Below, piece after piece: positions 9,952 through 18,795 of a DNA stretch of 64,000 bases (the stretch's first letter is position 1; every line of letters begins with the position of its first letter). The notes under the pieces are model-generated. The model was given only the letters and a program-made list of their open reading frames with translations, made no database searches and was not told where the DNA came from. Source of the stretch: a virus. Position numbers and translations under genes: made by a program. The stretch is taken from UHGV virus genome UHGV-2113617, one strand, 5' to 3'.

Positions 9952-10128
9952 TTACCCTTTAAGTAAGTCGTAAAATCCACCATTCACATGCTTAGGAGCA
10001 GAAGGCCGACGAGTAGACAAACGATGACATTTAGGGCAAACATCATTTTCTCGTTCAGAAATCTTTTTAATTTTTTCATATTCATGCCCACAATCTTCGG
10101 ATTGGCATTTATAATCATACATTGGCAT
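9952..10128 (-). CDS. zinc-ribbon small protein (58 aa)
   Basis: Manual translation MPMYDYKCQSEDCGHEYEKIKKISERENDVCPKCHRL; two CxxC pairs; packed 3 nt from neighbours; below track cutoff. Confidence 0.4.
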   Translation of the reverse strand: MPMYDYKCQSEDCGHEYEKIKKISERENDVCPKCHRLSTRRPSAPKHVNGGFYDLLKG

Positions 10129-10130
10129 AA

Positions 10131-10550
10131 TTATTCCTTAAAATGTGCTTTCAACATCTGATACAAAGACCATGCCTGTTCATTATTTTCAATAGTAACT
10201 TTCATGACAGGGAATTCTGTGAAATCTTCTATTTGTTCTTGCTCTTCCTGCTCTTGCTCTTCAGATGCCTGATATGGATTTTCCACTTCATCAAAGAACT
10301 CAGCTTCGTTAGTAGAGAGCCAGATAAAGTTTTCGTCAATGACTGTACCACATGTTGAATATCCAATTGTGCCAGTAGATGTCACAATTTTAGTAGGACG
10401 CCCGTAATAGTCAACATCTAAAATTTTAAAAGGTTCTATACCTAAACGTCGTGCATAGATTCCGTTATCAGTATGGTCTTTAATAAAATTTTCTTGAGCT
10501 TGTTTATTTTTAAATTGATACCATTTATTAACTTCAAATTTAATAGCCAT
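10131..10550 (-). CDS. hypothetical protein with acidic [10 protein letters not shown] tract
   Basis: ORF track 139 aa. Confidence 0.5.
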   Translation of the reverse strand: MAIKFEVNKWYQFKNKQAQENFIKDHTDNGIYARRLGIEPFKILDVDYYGRPTKIVTSTGTIGYSTCGTVIDENFIWLSTNEAEFFDEVENPYQASEEQEQEEQEQIEDFTEFPVMKVTIENNEQAWSLYQMLKAHFKE

Positions 10551-10765
10551 TAATAAATTTCCTTCCAGTAAGTTGTGCCATCTTCAGTAATTTCACGAAA
10601 TACACCGTAAATTGGCTGTTTATCGCCGACTTTCTCATACACATAAACCGAAGTCAAGTGAGTAAACTTAACAGTATGTTCCTTTTGAACCACTACCAAA
10701 TCTGGATCGAATAATACATCTTCAAATTCGTCATTAGTGCATTTCTGGACAGTTTTACGTTTCAT
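10550..10765 (-). CDS. hypothetical protein
   Basis: ORF track 71 aa. Confidence 0.45.
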   Translation of the reverse strand: MKRKTVQKCTNDEFEDVLFDPDLVVVQKEHTVKFTHLTSVYVYEKVGDKQPIYGVFREITEDGTTYWKEIY

Positions 10766-10778
10766 TACAATTTCCTCA

Positions 10779-11048
10779 TTAATTGAACAGTGGAGCGATG
10801 CGTTTCAGAAGAGTAGCAGCACCTTTGGCAAATTTTACATCATGAAAAACAGTTTCTTCTTCCGTTACAACACGAACTTTAATGTTTTCACAATCCCAAT
10901 TTTTGCGAACAATCTTCAAAAGCTGCAGTAAATCTTTACATTCAGCAATATCGATAACACATCCACGAGAATCTTCCATTATCGCACGATAACCGTAAGC
11001 CATACCATAATCGTTGAAAGACTGTTCGATGATAATTAAGTTTTCCAT
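10779..11048 (-). CDS. hypothetical protein (89 aa)
   Basis: ATG 11046-11048 preceded by GGAGAATAAA; track start at 11060 is TTG. Confidence 0.5.
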   Translation of the reverse strand: MENLIIIEQSFNDYGMAYGYRAIMEDSRGCVIDIAECKDLLQLLKIVRKNWDCENIKVRVVTEEETVFHDVKFAKGAATLLKRIAPLFN

Positions 11049-11145
11049 TTTATTCTCCAAGTTGTTTTCTGTATCAGTAGTTGATATTGATATAGTACCA
11101 TAATCAACTACTGATGTATATAGTTTTATGAAAAAATTTTAAACT

Positions 11146-11634
11146 TTATGCATAGAGCGCATTTCTATAGTGTTTAATCCAACTTTCAGGAATGACTTTG
11201 TATGTTCCTAAAAATACCACGTTGTACAACTTAACACCATCTTCTACCCATTGATCGGTAATGTATCCACACATAGCACGAGTATAAACAGCCTTTCCAT
11301 CATCTGGAATGAATTTAAATTCGCAAGGAGCAATGAACTTAATAGATTGACCGAGTTTCCACTTAAAGTCTACACCTACATGCGAAGTATCAATCGTCTC
11401 AATTCCTTTAGCGGGAACAGCTTTCAAAAACGCAGATTCAAGAAATTTCGCGCGAACATAACCAAACTGAGGTTTAGACTTTCCATCTTTAGGAATGATA
11501 CGAACTTTTACTTCAGAATCTTCATCTTTAACACCGTGTTTAAGCTGAATGCTTACAATTTCGACCAATTTTCCTGCTGCTTTAGAACGGGATTTATCAG
11601 ATACACGAGCAATTTCACCAATATTAATAATCAT
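11146..11634 (-). CDS. hypothetical protein, possibly MotB-like (size and position)
   Basis: 162 aa; C-terminal motif GYITDQWVEDGVKLYNVVF shared with the next ORF. Confidence 0.5.
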   Translation of the reverse strand: MIINIGEIARVSDKSRSKAAGKLVEIVSIQLKHGVKDEDSEVKVRIIPKDGKSKPQFGYVRAKFLESAFLKAVPAKGIETIDTSHVGVDFKWKLGQSIKFIAPCEFKFIPDDGKAVYTRAMCGYITDQWVEDGVKLYNVVFLGTYKVIPESWIKHYRNALYA

Positions 11635-11678
11635 AGTTATCTCTCACTTATTAAAAAGATTTTATACTCCGCGGGACC

Positions 11679-11708
11679 ATTATACTCCGGTCCCAAGAGT
11701 TTGTAAAC
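11679..11708 (-). promoter_or_regulatory. early promoter with -10 inside an inverted repeat
   Basis: GTTTACaaactcttgggaccggagTATAAT, with GGGACC/GGTCCC arms flanking the -10; second GGAGTATAAAAT copy follows. Confidence 0.5.
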
Positions 11709-11710
11709 TA

Positions 11711-12253
11711 TTAATTTAAAATAGCTACCACCGCACTACGAGGTACTACACTAAAATCACCTGCATGAACAACATTCAGAAGTTCAACACCATCTTCAAT
11801 CCACTGGTCTGTTACCCAACCACAGACCGAAATAAATGGGGTCTTAATAGCTACTGCACGAGTTAGAAGGTCGGTAGGGTCTTGTTCTTCAACTTCTTGG
11901 AACAGGATGAACTCTGCTTCATAAACCAGGATTTTCTCTATTTTGTTATTGTCTAAACGACGACCGTGGACAATATAAGATTTAGTAAACCATTTACTTT
12001 TTTCAAAGTCTTCAACGGTAAATTCGCCTTCGCCAAAAACATCAGTCAAAGTTTTATGGCCGGAAATTAAGGCATTAGTTTTAATTTCAGGTTCAACCAG
12101 TTTGTAGGTTTTGCCGATTTCAATAGCGGTAGTCATAGTAGGTTCCTTAATTTCCAGTGGTTTAACAGGGCATACATAAGTGCTTACAACATCAAAATCA
12201 ATCAGTTTAGCTACCGGATTTGGTGTATATTCGGGATTATAATTAAATTTCAT
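11711..12253 (-). CDS. hypothetical protein, paralog of 11146-11634
   Basis: 180 aa; C-terminal GWVTDQWIEDGVELLNVVHAG. Confidence 0.5.
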   Translation of the reverse strand: MKFNYNPEYTPNPVAKLIDFDVVSTYVCPVKPLEIKEPTMTTAIEIGKTYKLVEPEIKTNALISGHKTLTDVFGEGEFTVEDFEKSKWFTKSYIVHGRRLDNNKIEKILVYEAEFILFQEVEEQDPTDLLTRAVAIKTPFISVCGWVTDQWIEDGVELLNVVHAGDFSVVPRSAVVAILN

Positions 12254-12755
12254 AATATCTCATTTCAATAAAATCTACGAGTTCAGCATGGGATTTACGG
12301 AACATTACTTGGTGCCCGCCAATGATAACTTCATCTTCAGGAACTTCGTATACAGCGAGATAAAATCCTTTAGAAGATAATTCTTCCCGCTCTTCTCGTG
12401 TGAACCATCTCATCATATCATATTCACTAGCGAAAGCAAAATGATAAAGAGCTATAAACCATCCTGGAATATGATATTCTACTCCAACATAATCTTTCTT
12501 GAACTTAGTATTAATTACTATATTAGCGTTTTTAACTAATAGTTTATCTTCGTGTGGTAAAGGAATTCTTTTATTATTATCGCTATGATGCATAAAATTA
12601 GGTCTGTCATAACCTACGTGTAATAGCCACTCTTCGCTCCATGAATCTATTATACTCCTGTACGGCGTTATTTGAACACAAAGATTTCGACGTATTGTTA
12701 TAGCATCTTCATAATCAAGAATACTAAACGATGATTCAACACGATAAATTTTCAT
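12243..12755 (-). CDS. hypothetical protein (170 aa)
   Basis: ATG at 12755 preceded by GAGGA; track ORF trimmed because it overlaps the promoter at 12778-12812. Confidence 0.5.
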   Translation of the reverse strand: MKIYRVESSFSILDYEDAITIRRNLCVQITPYRSIIDSWSEEWLLHVGYDRPNFMHHSDNNKRIPLPHEDKLLVKNANIVINTKFKKDYVGVEYHIPGWFIALYHFAFASEYDMMRWFTREEREELSSKGFYLAVYEVPEDEVIIGGHQVMFRKSHAELVDFIEMRYYEI

Positions 12756-12777
12756 TTTATTATCCTCAGTAGCTATG

Positions 12778-12812
12778 GTGTTATAATACCACAACTAACC
12801 GAGGAAGTAAAC
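12778..12812 (-). promoter_or_regulatory. early promoter
   Basis: GTTTACttcctcggttagttgtggTATTAT, then GAGGA SD and ATG at 12755. Confidence 0.5.
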
Positions 12813-12818
12813 AACTTT

Positions 12819-13502
12819 TTATCGTTTTGTTGGAAGAGATAGAGGATCGCACTCTTCCTCTGACGGAGCATCTTCAAGACCCATAGCATATCGCAAAGCA
12901 TACTTCATCATCAGGATGTCTTTCGCACAGTCATGAATAGAATCATGTGCAACGAATCCATCTAAAGTTCCCTTTGGAAGAGGACACGTGGTCATATCAC
13001 GAACAAGCAGAAGTGCTTCAATTCTGGTACGAATATCACGCTGATTCCAGAATTTACACGGTTCTAACTTAAATGTGTCAAGTTCATTCTCAGAAACGCC
13101 ATTAAGACGTTGAATGTCGCGAATGAGATCGACTAAAATTGGAAAATCAAACGACATTCCACGGCACCAGCCTTGAGATTTCCAAGGATCGATATTATGT
13201 GCATTGATGTAATCATTAAATTTTACAATACCATCGATGGTGCTTACATCTTCATCTGATGGTGCAATATTTTTTCGAGCTTCAGGAGACTGATTTTTCC
13301 ACCATTCGATAGTGCTTTTAGTAAAAAGACGATGTCCTTTTTGGCTTTTTAAATCAAACTTGATTTTAATGCCGCGTGAAACTAATTCATCAAATGTTTC
13401 AACTACTTCTGGATTAGGGTCAAAGGCAATAACAGCCAAATCAATAACAGCTGCCTTTTCACCGCTTCCCATTGTTTCAAAATCTATAATAAAATCAAAC
13501 AT
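12819..13502 (-). CDS. dexA: exonuclease A (DnaQ-like 3'-5' exonuclease)
   Basis: 227 aa as T4 DexA; N-term MFDFIIDFETMG exonuclease motif. Confidence 0.8.
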   Translation of the reverse strand: MFDFIIDFETMGSGEKAAVIDLAVIAFDPNPEVVETFDELVSRGIKIKFDLKSQKGHRLFTKSTIEWWKNQSPEARKNIAPSDEDVSTIDGIVKFNDYINAHNIDPWKSQGWCRGMSFDFPILVDLIRDIQRLNGVSENELDTFKLEPCKFWNQRDIRTRIEALLLVRDMTTCPLPKGTLDGFVAHDSIHDCAKDILMMKYALRYAMGLEDAPSEEECDPLSLPTKR

Positions 13503-13744
13503 TAAATTTTCCTTGCTAAATCGCGAATTTGACCTACAGTATAATCTTGGATATAAACTTTATTAATGGGCTCATCAATAAATTTTGCCATAGATTCAAT
13601 ATCTTTTTGTATCTCTTCAAGACTGTATACTATCTTTAAAGCTTTTTCGCGAATAGTAACATTATCAGGTCCTGAATTTTCTTGAATGACAGCTTTAACA
13701 TTTGTCATAAGAGATTTAAACTGATGCAAACTTAATTCAATCAT
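13502..13744 (-). CDS. hypothetical protein (dexA.1 position)
   Basis: ORF track 80 aa; resembles the next ORF. Confidence 0.5.
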   Translation of the reverse strand: MIELSLHQFKSLMTNVKAVIQENSGPDNVTIREKALKIVYSLEEIQKDIESMAKFIDEPINKVYIQDYTVGQIRDLARKI

Positions 13745-13997
13745 TAATAATCGCCTTATAAAGATGGCTAATTTCGCCTAAAATATAATCACTGATTGTA
13801 ACAGTTTTCACTTCACCACAAAAGAATTCTAACGCAATCAAATCTCGTTCAATTTCTTCCAATTGAAGCATTAACTTGCCTGATTTAATTTTTACATTTG
13901 TACGATTTTTACTATAAGCTATTTCATAAATTTCGCTTACTTTATCTTGAAGTAAATAAAACTGGTCTTTAGTTATTTCCACGAATAGCTTCCTCAA
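13737..13997 (-). CDS. hypothetical protein (dexA.2 position)
   Basis: ORF track 86 aa. Confidence 0.5.
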   Translation of the reverse strand: MRKLFVEITKDQFYLLQDKVSEIYEIAYSKNRTNVKIKSGKLMLQLEEIERDLIALEFFCGEVKTVTISDYILGEISHLYKAIIND

Positions 13998-14003
13998 ATT
14001 TAA

Positions 14004-15323
14004 TCATACATAAAACACATCATAACGACCACGTGTTACACCAACATAAAGAAGCTGCTGCGCTAGTTCAGCATCTGCATAATGAATACAAGGCGTATAG
14101 ATAAAAGCACGGTCTACAGACATGCCCTGAGCTTTGTGGAATGTTGATGCAGGAAGTGCTTTCACTTTACTAAACTGTGATTTAGCATCCCAAAAATCAC
14201 TCCATGGAGCTTTTCCACCTTTATTCCAATTTTTATAAGTTTCTGCCGTTTTACCTAAAAATAAGTTAAACTTATACAGCTCTTCATCAGATGAAATTAT
14301 TTTAATCTTTTCACGATAATATTCATCATCGCCGTAAGTTTCTACTGTTAAATCCCAATGACGAATTAGATATTCTCCAGAAACACCACGAGCTTTAACA
14401 AATGTTGATGTATACTCTGCTTCTATAATACGAACTAATTGTCCGTTATTAAAAATAATTTCTGACACAGGCTTTCCATCAATTTTATATGTTTTAATTA
14501 ACGGTTCCTGCATTACAATAATTTCACCGACAATAAAATCTTTATCAGTTTCAAAAATCTTTTTACGAATAATGCTATTTAACTTATCAACAGATTTATT
14601 CGTAAATGCCATTACGCGATTTTCAAACAAATCATCTAGTGATTTGACGATTGAAAAATAATTTACCATAAAATCACGTAAAGCGGTATCACCGGTAAAT
14701 CCACGTACTCCATGCCCATCAATAATTTTATCATAAATCCACTTACCGTTACGAACATCAGTAGCTACATCAATAATAGGAGCATTACTGCGTTTAACTT
14801 CAGTGAGTTCACACTGATAAAAATCTTTATGTGTAAAGAATGGACTGATATAAGCAGTGTTTTCTCCTGGGTCAACAGGTCTAATTTGCTTATTATCGCC
14901 TATTCCAATTATAGTACACCATGGCGGGATAGTTGAAAGCAGAATTTTAAATAGCTTTCTATCATACATTGATACTTCGTCGCAGATTAATACTCTGCAT
15001 TTAGCCAAATCTGGCACTTCTTTTTGTTCAAAAAGAACGTTTTCTTCGTATGTTACTGGGTTAATTTTAAGAATACTGTGAATAGTACTCGCTTCTTTCC
15101 CTGATAGTTTTGAAAGAATCTTTTTAGCTGCATGTGTAGGAGCTGCTAAAATAATTCCAGTTTCGCCTGTAGATATTAAGGCTTCAATAATGAACTTAGT
15201 AAGAGTAGTCTTACCAGTACCAGCAGGTCCATTAATAGTTACATGATGTTTCTTTTCTTTAATAGCCCTCATAACGATGTTAAAGGCATTTTTCTGGCCT
15301 TCTGTCAAATCATCAAATGTCAT
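14004..15323 (-). CDS. dda: Dda DNA helicase (SF1)
   Basis: 439 aa as T4 Dda; Walker A GPAGTGKT. Confidence 0.9.
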   Translation of the reverse strand: MTFDDLTEGQKNAFNIVMRAIKEKKHHVTINGPAGTGKTTLTKFIIEALISTGETGIILAAPTHAAKKILSKLSGKEASTIHSILKINPVTYEENVLFEQKEVPDLAKCRVLICDEVSMYDRKLFKILLSTIPPWCTIIGIGDNKQIRPVDPGENTAYISPFFTHKDFYQCELTEVKRSNAPIIDVATDVRNGKWIYDKIIDGHGVRGFTGDTALRDFMVNYFSIVKSLDDLFENRVMAFTNKSVDKLNSIIRKKIFETDKDFIVGEIIVMQEPLIKTYKIDGKPVSEIIFNNGQLVRIIEAEYTSTFVKARGVSGEYLIRHWDLTVETYGDDEYYREKIKIISSDEELYKFNLFLGKTAETYKNWNKGGKAPWSDFWDAKSQFSKVKALPASTFHKAQGMSVDRAFIYTPCIHYADAELAQQLLYVGVTRGRYDVFYV

Positions 15324-15631
15324 CGTAAATTCCCTGCAATTGGTATACTAACAATACGCCCAGTATCTAAAATTCGCCGATATAATCTTTGCGTGTCTAC
15401 ATCAGGCTTAACATGTTTAACTTCTATTTTATTAAACCAAAACCTGCGTGGAGTCTCAACTAATCTCGGAATTCCCATACCTAAAGCTAGTCGATACTGC
15501 TCTTTAAGAGTAGTAAATACTTTATCAGCAATCTCCCTTTCAAAAAATACAGCAGGACGATGTTCATCAAGAGGAACAGGCACCGCAAATCCATCTTTAT
15601 CTCTATACACTATCGCATATACATAAAACAT
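15320..15631 (-). CDS. hypothetical protein (dda.1 position)
   Basis: ORF track 103 aa; ATGA-type overlap with dda stop. Confidence 0.5.
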   Translation of the reverse strand: MFYVYAIVYRDKDGFAVPVPLDEHRPAVFFEREIADKVFTTLKEQYRLALGMGIPRLVETPRRFWFNKIEVKHVKPDVDTQRLYRRILDTGRIVSIPIAGNLR

Positions 15632-15632
15632 A

Positions 15633-16010
15633 TTATCCTCGGATAAGTTTAAAAATTGAACAATTTAGCGGGTATCCTCTTTTCAGTTTAAGTTTATCAA
15701 TAAAAGACAAGTTTTGATACCGCTCTACACCTTGAATAATTTTATCACACATATCATATTGCATTTCTGCTTCTGACAGCTTTTTCACAGTTTTCCAATC
15801 CGAGCCTTTAAGAAGAACGTTCAATTTAACAACTTCAGCACCTTCTGCTATACGAGAACCATCAATACGAGCTTTAAGTGCTATAATCGTTAGCTTAACG
15901 TCAGAAGTTTGTTTTGATTTAGAAAGTGTGTTCAATTCGGTTTTCACGTTTTTTCTGTATAGCTTTAATTTGATTATAAGTCTTTTTGATTTTAGCCCAT
16001 TTCTTTTCAT
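15633..16010 (-). CDS. hypothetical protein; overlaps the next ORF by 92 nt
   Basis: ORF track 125 aa; in-frame stop immediately 5' of its ATG. Confidence 0.35.
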   Translation of the reverse strand: MKRNGLKSKRLIIKLKLYRKNVKTELNTLSKSKQTSDVKLTIIALKARIDGSRIAEGAEVVKLNVLLKGSDWKTVKKLSEAEMQYDMCDKIIQGVERYQNLSFIDKLKLKRGYPLNCSIFKLIRG

Positions 16011-16371
16011 CTAAATTTAGTTTATGAACTTTTTTCGCAGATGAACGACCAATTCGCAAAGCAAATAAATCACGCTTTTCAATCAACTCTTCTAAAGTAT
16101 AATCAGAACGAAATGTATTATACTTTTTCTTTACTGCAATAACATTCCCTTTAATGTATCCAACGTTATTATCAAAACGTTCTAATGATAATTTCTCTCC
16201 TTCAATACGATTATCAAAAGGTTCTCCCGAGTAAGCGCAAACTTTCTGATCTAAAATGTTCTTAATGTAATTGAAGTCTAAGTTAAAATCTTTAGAACGT
16301 CTTTTAGCAGATGCCTGAGTATGCTCTAGACGACGTGTAATTTTACGAATTTGATTTTTAGACAGTTTCAT
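15919..16371 (-). CDS. hypothetical protein with degenerate HNH-like segment (srd region by position)
   Basis: 150 aa; ATG 16369-16371 with GAGAAAAAT; CAYSGEPF...GNVIAV segment. Confidence 0.45.
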   Translation of the reverse strand: MKLSKNQIRKITRRLEHTQASAKRRSKDFNLDFNYIKNILDQKVCAYSGEPFDNRIEGEKLSLERFDNNVGYIKGNVIAVKKKYNTFRSDYTLEELIEKRDLFALRIGRSSAKKVHKLNLDEKKWAKIKKTYNQIKAIQKKRENRIEHTF

Positions 16372-16392
16372 ATTTTTCTCACGGACGGTTAA

Positions 16393-16430
16393 CTACTTAT
16401 ACTATAACATTTTTACTTCAGATTGTAAAC
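16393..16430 (-). promoter_or_regulatory. early promoter upstream of 15919-16371
   Basis: GTTTACA plus TATAGT-like -10; A/T-rich upstream. Confidence 0.45.
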
Positions 16431-16486
16431 AACTTTATGAAAAATGCTTTAAAACTTTCATGGTATAATGAATCTAAGTCCTTCCA

Positions 16487-17089
16487 TTATAGATTAAATC
16501 CTTCAAAGTCAAGAGTATAGATAGTGTATGTTGAATACTTTTTATACTCATATCTATCCGCAATTCTAAATACACTTCCAGCTGGTATCATTACTTCTTG
16601 TTCATCTGAAACTAATTCCATATTACGATAGCGATGGCTATCTGGAAACTTAAAACTTGGACTATATTCTTTACAACGTAGAGCTTTTATAGCATACTCC
16701 TGGAAATTAAATACCATAGGAGCTTTGAATTCAAAAATAACTTGCGTGTTGTATTCTAATCCAGAAGCAAAATGTAGAGCTATATTTTTATCATATGAAG
16801 CTGATACTACTTTATCAAATGTAATAATATCAATTCCTTGATTTAACACCTGCTTAGTCTCAACTGGAACACCTCTCCAAAGAGGTTTATCGTTTGGTTC
16901 CAAACGAGATTTGATTATTTCATTTAACCAAGAGTGGTCGTCTGGCTTATTAGTAATACAATGAATTAAAAGTTCAATTTCGGATAAATTAAATCCTTCA
17001 GAAAGTAATTCTTCACGAATAGAAGCACGCACCGATGCATCCATTGATTTGATTTTAAAATCTTTTAATTGCATTGCTGAATATTTCAT
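16487..17089 (-). CDS. modA: ADP-ribosyltransferase ModA
   Basis: 200 aa as T4 ModA; ATG 17087-17089; paralog of adjacent modB. Confidence 0.75.
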   Translation of the reverse strand: MKYSAMQLKDFKIKSMDASVRASIREELLSEGFNLSEIELLIHCITNKPDDHSWLNEIIKSRLEPNDKPLWRGVPVETKQVLNQGIDIITFDKVVSASYDKNIALHFASGLEYNTQVIFEFKAPMVFNFQEYAIKALRCKEYSPSFKFPDSHRYRNMELVSDEQEVMIPAGSVFRIADRYEYKKYSTYTIYTLDFEGFNL

Positions 17090-17709
17090 TCAACTACCTC
17101 AATATCATACACTTTAAATGTTCCAAATGAATCGTGTAATTTTTCTTTTGAAATAGAAGTTATTTTATACTTTCCAATTGGAATCATCCATTCTTGTTCA
17201 CGCACAATCATCATTAAGTTATCAGTACGTTCTGAATCTAATCCATCAGTATCTTCATATGTATACTTAAACTCAGTATTAGGAGAAGAAAGTATAATAT
17301 CGCTGATATGGTCAGAATAATTAAAAGCTTTATCAGTTTTTAAGCGAAATATTATTTCAGTGAAATATTCAGCATAAGAAAAAGAACACGCTGTGTGCAA
17401 ACTAGTAGTAAATGAATCTACCCTGTTCGTTGAAAACACTTCTCCAACTTGTAAATCTTTAATGAGCTCTTTTGTCGATTTTGATATACCACGATATAGC
17501 TGATAAGGTGATTTAGTTAAATGCTTTTTAACGATTTTATTCAACTGCCAGTGAAGAGCTTCATTCTTTTTGGCTTCCATACATTGCCAAAGAACTGACT
17601 GTTCAAAGTCAGTAAATTTTTCACAGACCTTTTTATACATATCATATTGAAAATCAACACTTTCAGCTTTTATAGATAACTGTTCAACATCTGCGAGATT
17701 AATAATCAT
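17086..17709 (-). CDS. modB: ADP-ribosyltransferase ModB
   Basis: 207 aa from ATG 17707-17709 preceded by GGAGG SD; track start at 17721 lacks an SD. Confidence 0.75.
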   Translation of the reverse strand: MIINLADVEQLSIKAESVDFQYDMYKKVCEKFTDFEQSVLWQCMEAKKNEALHWQLNKIVKKHLTKSPYQLYRGISKSTKELIKDLQVGEVFSTNRVDSFTTSLHTACSFSYAEYFTEIIFRLKTDKAFNYSDHISDIILSSPNTEFKYTYEDTDGLDSERTDNLMMIVREQEWMIPIGKYKITSISKEKLHDSFGTFKVYDIEVVE

Positions 17710-17729
17710 GATAGCCTCCATATACTTCA

Positions 17730-17765
17730 GAAGCTATCATATCATTGTTAGGAAGGAAAGTAAAC
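17730..17765 (-). promoter_or_regulatory. early promoter upstream of modB
   Basis: GTTTAC at 17760-17765 with TATGAT-like -10; SD GGAGG of modB follows. Confidence 0.45.
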
Positions 17766-17776
17766 AACTTTTTGAA

Positions 17777-17959
17777 TTATTTTGCCCAGGGAGCCCAGGG
17801 CGGAGGGTCAAGATGGTATGAAGCTAGTTCTTCTAGAAGAGCATCTGGGGCTTCAATTCCATAATTCTGTAATACTATACGGTACTCTTTCTTATAATCA
17901 CTAGAATCATTCTGGATATTCGTAGAATGATTATCTTCTAACATCTCAAATAAATCCAT
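17777..17959 (-). CDS. hypothetical protein
   Basis: ORF track 60 aa; C-terminal PPPWAPWA encoded by a GC-rich direct repeat. Confidence 0.4.
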   Translation of the reverse strand: MDLFEMLEDNHSTNIQNDSSDYKKEYRIVLQNYGIEAPDALLEELASYHLDPPPWAPWAK

Positions 17960-17967
17960 ATTAATTC

Positions 17968-18438
17968 CTAGCGATAAAAACCAAAATAACGATTAGCTTC
18001 AATAATTTTTCTTTCTTCTTCGGACATTCTCCAGCGTAGTCCAACATCAAAATGAGCCCAGACCATCTTAACAAATGCATTTATATCTTTAATATCTTCA
18101 ATAATGAATGTTTTACTTTTAAAAGGTTGACTCGCTAATTTAACTTTATCATCTTCAAACAGGTCAAAAAGACCATATTCATGAGCTCTTTTATATCCTT
18201 TAATAGTTAAAGCTTCAGAAGAAGAAAATGGTGAATCAGTATTCTGCAAAATATCTTCAGTATGTTTTATAATTAGAATAACATTTTCTGGATATTTTCT
18301 TTCTTTTATATCTTTAATTAAAATATCCGGATTTTCTGCTAAAGGAATAATTAATGAGCACTCTTTATCAAGTGTATTTACTGATTTGCCTTCTTTAGAC
18401 ATAAATTCTATTGAATATAGTTTTGCTACTTCAATCAT
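17968..18438 (-). CDS. hypothetical protein
   Basis: ORF track 156 aa. Confidence 0.5.
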   Translation of the reverse strand: MIEVAKLYSIEFMSKEGKSVNTLDKECSLIIPLAENPDILIKDIKERKYPENVILIIKHTEDILQNTDSPFSSSEALTIKGYKRAHEYGLFDLFEDDKVKLASQPFKSKTFIIEDIKDINAFVKMVWAHFDVGLRWRMSEEERKIIEANRYFGFYR

Positions 18439-18583
18439 GTGATTTCCTCTTGCCTACTAATGGGCCGTCAGGAATTTTGTTTTCCTGGATATATTTCTCA
18501 TTTTCTTCCATCATTTTACTGCCAATTTTAAGAAGCAAATCCAGTGCTTCATTTGCTTTAGCCTTGGCCTCTTCTAGCGTCAT
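18431..18583 (-). CDS. hypothetical small protein (50 aa)
   Basis: Manual translation [28 protein letters not shown]; fills the gap; overlaps downstream start by 8 nt. Confidence 0.3.
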   Translation of the reverse strand: MTLEEAKAKANEALDLLLKIGSKMMEENEKYIQENKIPDGPLVGKRKSHD

Positions 18584-18591
18584 ATCTCTGT

Positions 18592-18795
18592 TCACGATTT
18601 ATCCCCATAGATGTCTCTCATCAATTTAAGCGCTGAGCGTTCTAATTTCTTTTCTTTCTCAGCGCTAATCATTGATTTCATCCATTCTTCTGATTCGTTC
18701 TGCATTTCTTTATTTGCCTGTTCAACCCAACCATCATCAATGTACATTGAGTTTGGTCTATTGAACCATTCAAACATTTTCTTCAGAACTTTCAT
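18592..18795 (-). CDS. hypothetical protein
   Basis: ORF track 67 aa. Confidence 0.45.
   Translation of the reverse strand: MKVLKKMFEWFNRPNSMYIDDGWVEQANKEMQNESEEWMKSMISAEKEKKLERSALKLMRDIYGDKS

Noticed and set aside
11251-11706. Plus-strand ORF of 151 aa
   Set aside because: Antisense to the motB-like ORF; no SD; all neighbouring transcription signals are on the minus strand.
17784-17801. GC-rich direct repeat GCCCAGGG x2
   Set aside because: Falls inside the coding region of ORF 17777-17959 and encodes PWAPWA, so most likely a coding repeat rather than a regulatory element.
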